Below, in pieces: positions 36,203 through 46,882 of a stretch of DNA of 64,000 bases. Each line of letters starts with the position of its first letter. The first letter of the stretch is position 1. The DNA is from Sarea resinae (lineage: Eukaryota). The notes under the pieces are model-generated. The model saw only the letters and a program-made list of their open reading frames with translations. It made no database searches and was not told where the DNA came from. The stretch spans positions 1-64,000 of the forward strand of contig JAPEUD010000025.1 of assembly GCA_026026165.1 (NCBI GenBank), given 5' to 3'. Position numbers and translations under genes: made by a program.

Positions 36203-36836
36203 CTAATGACTCAACGTACTCCTGCCCTTAGCCCTCCTCCTCCGCAGGATCGCCATGCCCGTCCTGCTCTTCCGACGGGCGAGAAACCCGTGTCGCCGCT
36301 TCCGCACGCGATGGGACGGATCGAGCGTGTTGCGGGGCCCGCAGCGGATCTGCTGGGCGGCTAGGCCCGGGTGTGATGTTGGTTTCGGGAGGAGGTCTAG
36401 GGTTGTTGTTGCTGATGTGGTGGTAGAGGGGAAGGCGGATGGGAGGAGGGTGCCTGGGGTGGTTGGGGGGGAGAGGCGGGCTAGAGCGAGCGGGGAGGAT
36501 GGGAGGATCGAGGGGCGGTGCGTGGGGAATGCTGAGAAAGTCCTGTGTGGAACGGGTAACGTTAGCGGTGGGTTTTTCTTTTCTGAGGCAGGGCTGTTGG
36601 AATTGAGTAGGGGGGTTTCTGGGGCCGTCTTTTTTCTTCGAGGGAGGGCGGATCTCAGGTTGGATGATTGGAGATGGCCGGCGGGGATAGGCTTCTCGGT
36701 CGTGAAATGCTCAGAGGTGGGAGATCACTTACCGGTAGATCGTCCGCGGGCCCGTCAGCGCTTGCTTTTCAGCAGCCGCCAGGATCCCGGGTCTGACGGA
36801 TTGGCTGCCGCCGCGAAGACACCGGAGACACAGCAT
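36203..36836 (-). CDS. Mitochondrial ribosomal protein bL34m (147-aa precursor); exons 36836-36733, 36542-36203
   Basis: MLCLRC presequence; C-terminus QQIRCGPRNTLDPSHRVRKRRHGFLARRKSRTGMAILRRRRAKGRSTLSH is the L34 signature. Absent from the ORF track. Confidence 0.92.
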
Positions 36837-37422
36837 CGCTTTCGTATCGTGCAACAAAGGCCGGGGACTCCTGTCGTGGGCCTCGAGGTTGGTCGTTTGA
36901 TGATAGGATACGTGGGCGTATCTCGACGAGTGTGCGGGCAGAAGCAGGCTGCGGTGCGATGCAGTGCCCGTCGAGAAGAGATTCAGATGTCGATGGATGG
37001 GAACCTGGAAGCCGAAGTTGAGAATGAGAACGAGAACGAGAACGGGAACGAGGTGCTGATCGGGGCGGTTGGTCCCTGGGGCTGCGGGTCGTCGGGAAGA
37101 GACATGATCATAAGTAGACTGTACGTGAATGGGCGCCTATGAAGTACCCCTCTTACAAGTAGCTCTGTGTCTCTACACTTCCATGGGTCTGGGGAGCCGC
37201 ACCGGCTTTTTTCTTCCTGTGCAGCTACGGCGGGAAAAAAAGGGCTCGAGTCTCTGTTTCTGCATCCAACCCAATTCAATATCAGCTTTCCTCTTTTCCT
37301 CTCAACTCAATCCCTCAATTAGGACTCCAACTACAGAGCCTATTATACCAGACCGACCGCTTCTACACTCCTCCCCTTTGGTTCTCAATTGAAACGGAAG
37401 ATAGAAAAGAGGGACAGAGGAA

Positions 37423-38055
37423 ATGGCATCTGCCCACGCCTACCCGCCCATAGCCCACCACCCCTCCACCTCGGCCGCGCACCCCATCAGCGCAGCCACC
37501 GCTCTCGAGCACATCTCGGCCTACCTCGCCGCCACAAATGCAAATGCCGCCCTACACCCCGACGCGCTCCTCACCGAACGCGGCCCACAGTCCTCGTCCA
37601 CCAACGGCGGTCTGGTTCTGCACCAACTGCGTCGCGTCGAGGCTGGGCTTCGCGGCGAACATCTCGGAGCCGAGGTCGATGATGGTGTTGAGGGTGTCGA
37701 AGCGGATGATATAGCCGAAGGAGAAGGGAACAAAAAGAAAGCGAAGAAAGACTCTAAGAGTGGGCAGGAGAAGGAGGGACAAGACGGAGATTGGCAGGAT
37801 CTCGGGACCTACCAGCGGTCCGGCGATGGTCTAGAGACCGGCGAGATTGGAGCTCGGAATACTGGACTGGGTGATGGGGGCGAGGTGCCTGCTGTCGCTG
37901 TCGACGACGGGGATGCGGAGATGAGAGATGTGGGAGAGGCAGATGCAGGGATCGTGGACAAGGAAGCCCGAAAGAAGGCCAAGAAGGAGAAGGCGAAGCA
38001 GCAGAAACGCGAGCGGGAGGAGCGGTTGCGCTTGGAGAAGGAGGCAGAAATATAG
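37423..38055 (+). CDS. Conserved 210-aa protein, putative RNA polymerase I subunit A14 (Rpa14/Ker1)-like, basic C-terminal tail
   Basis: Intronless ORF with good codon bias; AATALEHISAYL and LHQLRRVEAGLRG resemble the A14 helices; KKAKKEKAKQQKRERE nucleolar-type tail. Confidence 0.6.
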   Translation: MASAHAYPPIAHHPSTSAAHPISAATALEHISAYLAATNANAALHPDALLTERGPQSSSTNGGLVLHQLRRVEAGLRGEHLGAEVDDGVEGVEADDIAEGEGNKKKAKKDSKSGQEKEGQDGDWQDLGTYQRSGDGLETGEIGARNTGLGDGGEVPAVAVDDGDAEMRDVGEADAGIVDKEARKKAKKEKAKQQKREREERLRLEKEAEI

Positions 38056-39101
38056 TGCTGGGTGTTCGTCCTGAAAATCCGCTATCGGCGGACTGAATAC
38101 AAGAACAGTGGCGATGTCTTGGATGCTTCACGCCCATTCCCATCTGGGAAACCAGCATATACCGGGACGGATCGCGAGTCAACGGTTTGGAAGAACCATA
38201 ACTTCATTCTCGCTTCGTTTCTCTCATCGAGCGGTCAACCTCGCCCCCGCTATCCTCTCGTCGTCGTCTTTATTCCGTCTTCGAGTTCTAATCAACACCA
38301 GTCTCGCGATGAGCGGCACGAGCGGTACGACGGTATCGCCTGATGCCATAACAGTTCTGTCCAAAGGCTCCCTCCAATCATTGAGCGCCCGAGGCGACGA
38401 CGCCTCGCTTGAAACCGAACTCTACTTTTCGACCAGCAAGCTGCGCCAAAGACGCTCTTCTCATGGTTGAAAGGATTGTCTGGCTCTGGAGGCTCAGCAT
38501 AGCGTCACTTAGTTTGGAACGACCATCACGGACATGGCCTGTCGTCCGTCATGAGGCACATACATGGCAATGACTGGCCCGTGGGACGCCTATGTCGGCA
38601 AAGCAACATGGTTCCCAGAGATGGTTCGAAGGATCTCTCTGAATTGATGATGTGCCAAACTGACGGAAGACGGGCCAAAGGAGGACATGGTATGCAATCT
38701 AAATAGGCATTGGTGCGGAGCGGTCTGGTTTACCAGCGTCAATGCAAGATAGCCCACGACGCCTTCACGGTGGGGTTTGCTTGCTAATGATGCACACACA
38801 CACTTACTAGCCACATTGGACCCGACTGGAAACGGAACGGTGTTTAGATATATAGTAAGATGGTACAAATGCTCGAGTTGTACACCATGTTCCCTCTTAT
38901 CTTCCATTCTTTGTCTCAACCAGTCTGCATAGTCATGGTATAATCGAGTATATGCCCTGGCTCCGAGTGAGTAGAGTCTTTGATAGTCTACCTGATGCTC
39001 TGCAGAGGCTAGACAGGGACAGGTTTGGCATCTATTTGGTCTCCTCTATAGTGACATTATAATGTTAAGCATAGCATTAACTCTTCAATCTGTCTAATAC
39101 C

Positions 39102-39132
39102 TGAGCCTTATAGAAGGTGAGCCTTATAGAAG
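39102..39132 (+). repeat. 15-bp direct repeat TGAGCCTTATAGAAG x2 upstream of STE24
   Basis: Copies at 39102-39116 and 39118-39132. Confidence 0.85.
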
Positions 39133-39385
39133 AAGCAAAGTCGTAGGGGGATTGGTAGGAAATAGCGGATGGTGGGCTACAGCAGCTCATGAAGACCAAG
39201 CACGCATGGATCATCTAAACGACAGGCGAAGGGAACTAATCGCGCAGTTCGCAAAGGATAAGGGACAATGACATATTGCAGCTATACACAACTCTATTCC
39301 TGCACCCTCGAGCTCGAGACAGACGTTCACTTCATCTGGTAGACCATCCATCTACCATCTCCCGTCTCCGGTGCCATCGTCTGCC

Positions 39386-41119
39386 ATGGACTTCCTCCAG
39401 GTATGCTCAACCATCTCCAAATGCCAGCTCGTAATGCATACTGACCGTCGAAGCGCTTGGCGCGCTTCATAGACCGGCCACTGTTTCCGTGGAAGAGTCT
39501 CATTGTTGGATTCTCCCTCGGGCAGTACATCTTCGAGGGCTTCCTCTCACTCCGTCAATACAAAGTCCTTCAGCAGAAGAAGCCGCCAAAAGCTCTCGAA
39601 GGCGAAGTTTCCCAGGAGGTGTTCGACAAAAGCCAGGTACGTATGCCCCCGACCTGGATCCCATCATCACCAGTTAGCTCACGTATGTGCCTATGGTGTC
39701 GCAGGCGTATGGTCGTGCCAAGGCCAAATTCGGCTTCGTCTCCTCTCTCTACGGTCAAATACAAAATCTCGGTCTCATCTATTACGACGCGCTCCCGAAA
39801 CTCTGGGGGGTGACGGGTATCGTGCTCGCTCGATATTTCCCGGCGCGTTTCTCGGGCGAGATCACGCAGTCGATCATCTTCTTCTTCACCTTCAATATCA
39901 TCTCGACCGTCCTGTCGCTTCCCATCTCATACTACAGCACCTTTGTTCTCGAGGAGAAATTCGGCTTCAACAAGCAGACGCCAAAGCTATGGATTTCGGA
40001 TCTCTTGAAGGGCCAGGCTCTGATGGTCGTGCTGGGGGTGCCTCTCCTCAGCGCCTTCTTGGGTATCGTCAAAAAGGTGAGGTTATTGCATTCTATCGTC
40101 ATGGGGTGATTGCTAATCGACATGGACCCAGACCGGGAACAGCTTCTTCTTCTACCTCTGGGCCTTTGGAATCGGCGTCCAAGTCTTCGCCATCACGATC
40201 TATCCCATCGCCATTCTTCCGCTTTTCAACAAACTGTCGCCGCTTGAAGAAGGTCCGCTCAAGACGGGCGTTGAAGGGCTGGCTAGAAAACTGCAATTCC
40301 CACTCAAGGAGCTCTATGTCATTGACGGCAGCAAGAGAAGCGCTCATAGCAACGCCTACTTTTACGGCCTGCCATGGAAGAAGCACATCGTCATCTACGA
40401 CACCCTGATCGAGAAGAGCGACACGGACGAGGTCGTCGCCGTCCTGAGCCACGAGCTCGGCCACTGGAGTCTGAGCCACACGACCAAGCTATTCGGAATC
40501 TCACAGGTAAGAAGAAGAAGAAGAAGGGCAATGGAAAGATCTTTATTATTCCAAAGACTCGGAAGCTGACCCCGTGGGCATCCAGTTCCACATGTTCTAC
40601 ATCTTCGCCCTCTTCTCCGTCTTCGTCAACAACCGGTCCCTCTATCAGTCCTTTGGCTTCCACCAGGAATTCCCCATCATCATCGGCTTCATCCTCTTCT
40701 CGGATGCGCTGGCGCCCATGGACACGGTCGTGAAGCTCCTGATGAACATCCTCAGCCGCAGATACGAGTTCCAAGCCGGTATGTTTATCAAGCAACCCGA
40801 CCGTTTTACCTTTATCTCTCTCTCTCTTTTTTTTTGTCTTTCTCCACCGGACATTTATGCAGCATGGCTAATGCAAGAGATAGACGAATTCGCCGTGAAG
40901 CTGGGCTACTCGACCGAGCTGGCCAGGTCGTTGATCAAGCTTCAGATCCAGAACCTGAGCACCATGGACGCGGATTGGATGTATGCCAGCTATCACTTCT
41001 CGCACCCGATCCTGCCGGAGCGACTGGGCGCGCTCGGGTGGCACGGCGACAAGTCTGGTGATGCGAAGAAGCCTGTGGAAAGCGAAAAGGCCATCAGGGC
41101 CGCGGACAGAGAGCTGTAG
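39386..41119 (+). CDS. STE24: CAAX prenyl protease 1 (peptidase M48), 5 introns
   Basis: MDFLQ/RLARFIDRPLFPWK, EEKFGFNKQT, IDGSKRSAHSNAYFYG, VLSHELGHW (HExxH), SRRYEFQAD, YHFSHPILPERL; ends DREL. Confidence 0.97.
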
Positions 41120-41784
41120 TTTAATGTCTGTGTTACTGTGGGGAAAGAAAAGAATATGGATTGATAATTTGCATTGTCTTGAAGTTGATGATGGTAGCGC
41201 ATTATCAATCATATCTGGAGAGATCAGTCAAATAAAAAAACGCCCGCGGAACGGTTCGCGGTGACGCCCTCTTTATGGCCATGAGATTTCATTCCATGAA
41301 AACAAATCCCAAGCAATACTGCCGCAGAAAGTAAAACAAGATGGGAAGAGAAAAGTACGTGTGCATCAGACATGTGTGATCTGGATTCGTCGTCGTGCTG
41401 TGCGCCGATACCAGGCCCCGAAACTGCCGGCGCCGTCATCAATCCGTGCGTATCGATATAAGTAACAAGAATCATTGCGGAACAACTGAGGGGGAATCTC
41501 TCGACGGTGACGATGGAGAAAACGAGCAAATCCGGTCGTTTCTCAAAGCGCCAATAGTTGGGGTCCGGCCCAGGATACGGCAATAAAGGAAAGCGCCCCC
41601 TCAAAACGCTAAATCGAGCAGAATCGCGAAGAAGAATCAAAACGAAAATAAATCAAAAAAAATTCGAGAAGAAGTAGATCATTTGACGCCTAGCCTGCAT
41701 GAATTTGCCCGTGACTACGTGACTGCTGTCATGCTAATCCAACATGTAAGACAGTGGAGGATAAGGATATTTGATAGAGACCGT

Positions 41785-44700
41785 CTACTTAGGTGGCGTG
41801 GTGGCGATCGTAGGGGTCGTGGCGGTGTGGTTCGTGCCTGGTTTTGAGGGTATAGCTTGTGTCAAAGACGCGCGCCTCGAGACAACGGCAATTTTCTTCC
41901 GGAGAGCTGCCATCCGGCCACGTATGCTTACAACAACTGGGGCAGGAAGTTAGTTTAGACTGCAAATGTTGTAGTAGAGTCAACGTACGCTTTTCTACCA
42001 CTTCTCTATCCTCAATCTCCATACCATTAATCGCACCTTCTTCAGTCTTTGCATCCCTTCTTTCTTTCTCGGACGCACTTGATCTCTTTACAGACGGCTC
42101 GTCATCACCCTCCAAGACAGCCTCTAGCATACGCACGGCAGTGATGTATGCAATCTCACACCCAGCCAGATCTTCTCCGACGAGTTCATTCACGGCGGCA
42201 GCGCGACTCATCTCCAGCGCCCGATCGTACATGAGCTTCTCAGCCGTAACGCCAGAGCTCACGACGACGTTGTCGGCAGACGTTCCCAGACCAGCAGTCG
42301 AGATTGACGCGGAAGGATGATTATTCGGGTGGCTAGGGTGATCCAGGGGTAATCGCTTCTGTGATTCAATGAGCTTAAGACGGACAAATTCCGCCTTCTC
42401 GAGGACTTCATTGAAGCGGCTCCGGACCCATTGCACTACGTTGTTGATCCGGGTGCCGGCAGCAGCACTCGAGGCTTGGTTCGCATCTGTTCTAGGTGAG
42501 TTCGAATCGATGATCTCCCCTCGATTCTTATGAGCCCACCAGGCGCCGGCGATGTCCATAGACTTTGCAAGAAGCGAAAGGGCCTTAACGTAAAGTACCA
42601 AAGCTTCTTCCGATAGAGTGACAACAGCATCCGCAGTCAAGCCCTCTTCTTCGGCCGAGGGCGATTCAGCTCCAGCCGTTTCGGAAACCCCCGCTTGACG
42701 AAGGCCTAGTCCATGTTCTGTCGATGGAGCAAGAGGGATCAGTTGTTTATACTTGACCTCTGCAAAGCCGTAGACCACGTCGCTGCGCGTAGCAGACTCC
42801 TCTATGACGTGTACGGCCCGGGAGTCCTCATCCAAAGGTATTGGAACTTTGGTATTGTCTCCAGCCATGATCAGGCTGCCATGGGTAGTGGGATATGCAG
42901 GAAAAGCTCCGTAAACCTGCGGGGGCGATGGTCCTTTCCCTAATGGAGGAGAGAAGCCCATGCCGAAGAGCCTGAAATTAGCCATGTTGAGCGCCTTTGA
43001 GATTGCCGAAGTGGCAGAGCTCGGGCTGGGCGCATAGCGCCTCTCGTAAGAGCTTTTGCGATGATGGCCCGGATCTGGTCGAGGCTTCCCTGCCGCGATT
43101 TGCATCGCTCGGGAAGAGTTTACCTGTGCCCCCGTGGCGGAGACTGGCGCCCCAGAAGTAGTTGCACGACGAACCATAGCACCACTCTGGGGTGAGTTTG
43201 GTCGGTCACGAAAACCTCCACGCAGTTGGGGGCTGGCAGCAAGTTCGTCGGCGAACGCATTCACCTCGACTGCACGCTTTTCCACCAATACATAGTCCCT
43301 CTCAAAAGCAACTTCTTGGGCAGCACGTTCCCGTTCTTCTCGCGTGGTACGGTCCTCCCTCCGCGGAGCTACACGTTCACGATCTTGGACTTGCTCTCTG
43401 AGCAATGACGATCCCGGCGATGGACTTTTACGACTCGATTGTCTCTCCATAGCAACTGCAGCTGCGGTTGGAGGACGATCGCTGTAGAAATCTGGACGTG
43501 CCGGTGCTGTAGCATGCGTTACTGGATTCGGTCGTTGCATCCTTGTGGTCGTCTCTGCTCGCTCCCTCTCCGTCTGTCGCAGACTGGATGGTTGGCCGCT
43601 GTAGCGACGTGCTCCTGCGGATACCCTCTCGGGGAGACTCGAAGGATAGCCCATTGGTTGAGCTTCATACCTTGACGGTGGCTGTAAAAGATGTCCCTGC
43701 TCCCGCGGCGATCCAGCAACAGCGGCGCCATCTTCAACTTGCGTCTCCCTGTCTGGACGTGACGGCCGAGAAGCCCGGGAGAAGCTGCTCGGCCGGCGTG
43801 AAATAGATGACGGCGGCGGCTGAACTTCCGGTTCGGCTTCGGTCACTCTCTTCGCTAGTTCTCGAGGCCGATCTTCACCAACCAAGCCGGGTATATCGTC
43901 CTTTACCACGGCGTTGTCGAAAAAGTCTTTAAAGTTCATCCGCTCGACGGGATTTCGTTTTAGAAGGCCACGTATGAGCTTCTTCATATCATCACTGAGG
44001 TAAGAGTCTTCGGGGAATTTGATCTTGTCATCACCGCGTTCAATTTTGCGAAGGAGCTCGACGTGGTTGGAAGCTCTGAACGGTGGCTTCCCAACCATCA
44101 TCTCATATAAAACCGTGCCAACAGACCACAAATCGGCCTTGGCATCATACTTTTCATACCGCAGAATTTCTGGGGCCATGTATAAGGGAGAGCCGCAAAG
44201 AGTCTCTGCGAGAGACGTGGACGGCAGGGACCGGGCGAACCCAAAATCGGCAATCTTTAGCATCGGTAGCGACTCAATGCCGACGATTGGGACCAGAGAA
44301 TTCTCGCTTGCAGCCATCGGCATGACCTCGGGCTGTACCTCCGCGAACCACAGAGGCGATGGGTTGAGCAAGAGATTCTGCGGTTTGACGTCTCGATGTA
44401 TAAAATTCTTGGCCCTTAAAAATTCTAGAGCACTCGAAAGCTGTTTGAGGAAATGCCGGACAACGACCTCATTCAATCCGCCGGCGGGGGGATTTGGATA
44501 TTTCTTGATCATGTCAGCGGTCGCCGGATGACCAGCAAGTTTCTCCCGTTTCTTGATGAAGTAGGATAAATCTCCCAATTGGCAATATTCCATGACGAGA
44601 TGAATGTGGGCCGTGGATTCTTGGCAGTCGATAAGAGCGACAATGTGTGGATGATGTAGGCCTTTCAGGATATGTATCTCCGAATAGAGATTCTCTTTGA

Positions 44701-45085
44701 GCTTCTTATTGAGCTTCTGTAGATGGACAGATTTGATGGCAACAAAGGAACCTCTCTTCTGCGGGATTTCACTAATGTCAGTAATGGTTCGAAGGGAAAT
44801 GCTTCAGGATAAGATGCAGGCAAGAAGGATGTAACCATGGGGCAGGTATTCGAGAACAGCTTCTAGATGGATAGATGCGAGAACATAACAGACTCGACAG
44901 GGACTATCCAGAAGCTCGAGAAAACACATGAGTTGGCTGCATACCACTTGTACTCCCTTGTAGACCGTCGCGAAGCTTCCTCTTCCAATCTCCTCCAGCC
45001 TCCTGAATTGGCCGATGCTGACTTCTCCCTGCACGGCCTCGCGTGACCGCCTCGAGGACGACGAAGGTAGCGGCAGGGCAGCCAT
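41785..45085 (-). CDS. ATG1: Autophagy Ser/Thr kinase Atg1; exons 45085-44945, 44758-41989, 41936-41785
   Basis: [71 protein letters not shown]-terminal MIT ([28 protein letters not shown]). Confidence 0.97.
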
Positions 45086-45725
45086 GATGGATCAAGGCCA
45101 AGAGAGCCGACTGATAAAGCACTATCGTCTTCCGCCTCCAAAGCGACCGGCCATCTACCACTGAAGGTGAGGATAAAGCGTGGCGGTGATGGCGTTACAC
45201 ATGTGCACCGTTCCGGATGGGTCGAGCAGGCGGAGGCACCGTACGAAGGCGAGGAGTGGAATGTCACTGGATCTGCAGCACACCGTCGAATGTGTCGTTG
45301 CGTGGGTTGACGTCGCCGTCGGCCGCCGTATCAAGGTCCGATCAGGGTCTGGAGATGGAAATAGAAAGTAGGCAGCTGGATGAAGCACTACGAATGCCGG
45401 TGTGGGAGCCACCGGATGCTATGACAACTTCGAAGCTTATCGGGTAGTCCTAGCGAGTGACGGTGACGGCAACGGTATCAAGAGTCACTGATAGCTATGG
45501 GGTAAATGGATCTCTGGATTGATGAAACGATAGATGAAATCCAAGCAGGAAGAGAAAGGATCGAAGTGAAATGCGGAGATGAGAGGAAGTGCAGAGATGG
45601 GTGATGGTGGATGGTGGTTGAGGGTGTCGAGGCAGTGAGTGAGGAAGGATGGTGGATGTGATGGATATGGATGGATTACAGCTTGCGTGTGTCCTCGACA
45701 CTCGCTCGTGAGTTGCAGGCAGCTC

Positions 45726-45783
45726 GAGGTATCAGAGGTATCGTATCAGAGGTATCAGGTATCAGGTATCAGAGGTATCAGAG
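45726..45783 (+). repeat. Tandem (AG)AGGTATC repeats in the ATG1 upstream region
   Basis: gaggtatcagaggtatcgtatcagaggtatcaggtatcaggtatcagaggtatcagag. Confidence 0.85.
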
Positions 45784-46882
45784 GAGCGTGGATAGGCGCC
45801 GTCGGTACCTTGGAGAGTGAGGTGCCCAAGGTACTCCGGAGGAGACACTCGTATCGAGAGAGGCTTAGCTTCACCGATTGGCCTGGCTGATACCCGATAC
45901 CTGATGATTGACAGATACGGGGGACTTTGGCGGCGTGTACCTGGCAAGGTAGTCGAGGCTCCCAAGGTACTCACTCGACGGTACTCGGAGTCGTCACAGC
46001 CTGGAGGTCAGATGGTTCGCTGCCTTCGAACAGGAACACAACACCGCCCAGAATCTCGGGATCCCCCAACCCGTCGACTAACAGACGGTGGATCGAGGCA
46101 AGTGGCCGCGCTTTGGGCAGTCGATGACTCAGCAGCATAGATCACACCTCTCGAGCCATATCTCGTGCCATCCATCCCCAATGATCCCCCTCCCTCCTCG
46201 CCCCCCCCATCCCCACCCCCCCATTCCTGCTCTACCTGTCCATCCCCTCATTCCATTCCAATTCCTTATCGGCAACCTCTGATAAAGTACTAGAGGATGA
46301 GACCATCATGATTCACACCCTCTCTTCGCCGCAGAACGACAAGTGAGACAAGTACCTTCTCACTCGTACTCGTAGACTTAAGGTATCCGTACGTAGAATC
46401 CGATGCTGATCCATCACTCAAGAGTCCTCCAGATCAAGAAGCCTTAGGCGCATAACGAGATAAGGTCAACCGTGGTCTTACTGAATCGGTACAGATCGCC
46501 TTCGACCCTGCTGCCCTGTTTGTAAATGACGGCATTAATTGCCTCCACATTTGGATACCGAGCCCTGAACGGGCAGGCGTATACGTCAACGAGGCAATCG
46601 GCTTGGGTGGCCTGGTGGGATCAAAGCTGAAGAAGCAAAAGAAGCGGAGGTTGCGATACGAGCACCTCATCAGACTGGTGAACCGTAGCCATGGTAATTG
46701 ATAACTTCGAGTCTATTGTATCTAGTGATGTGCCAGTGGTGAACGAGCGCCAGACCAAATCAATCAAACCTCATTGATGAATGCCAGGCTCAAAGACCAA
46801 GACAGCTTCTCGAAACTCCGGAACATGGTTTTCCCCTTTGCCCATCATGTCTAAACAAAATGCATGCACCAAATGCGAGGCA

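Noticed and set aside
36255..37142. 295-aa plus-strand ORF
   Set aside because: Antisense shadow of the bL34m gene and its promoter; non-ATG start and no motif.
38100..39380. Search for an a-factor-like CAAX pheromone mini-ORF near STE24 (and near RAM2)
   Set aside because: No convincing short ORF ending in CAAX was seen by eye; an exhaustive small-ORF scan would be needed to exclude it.
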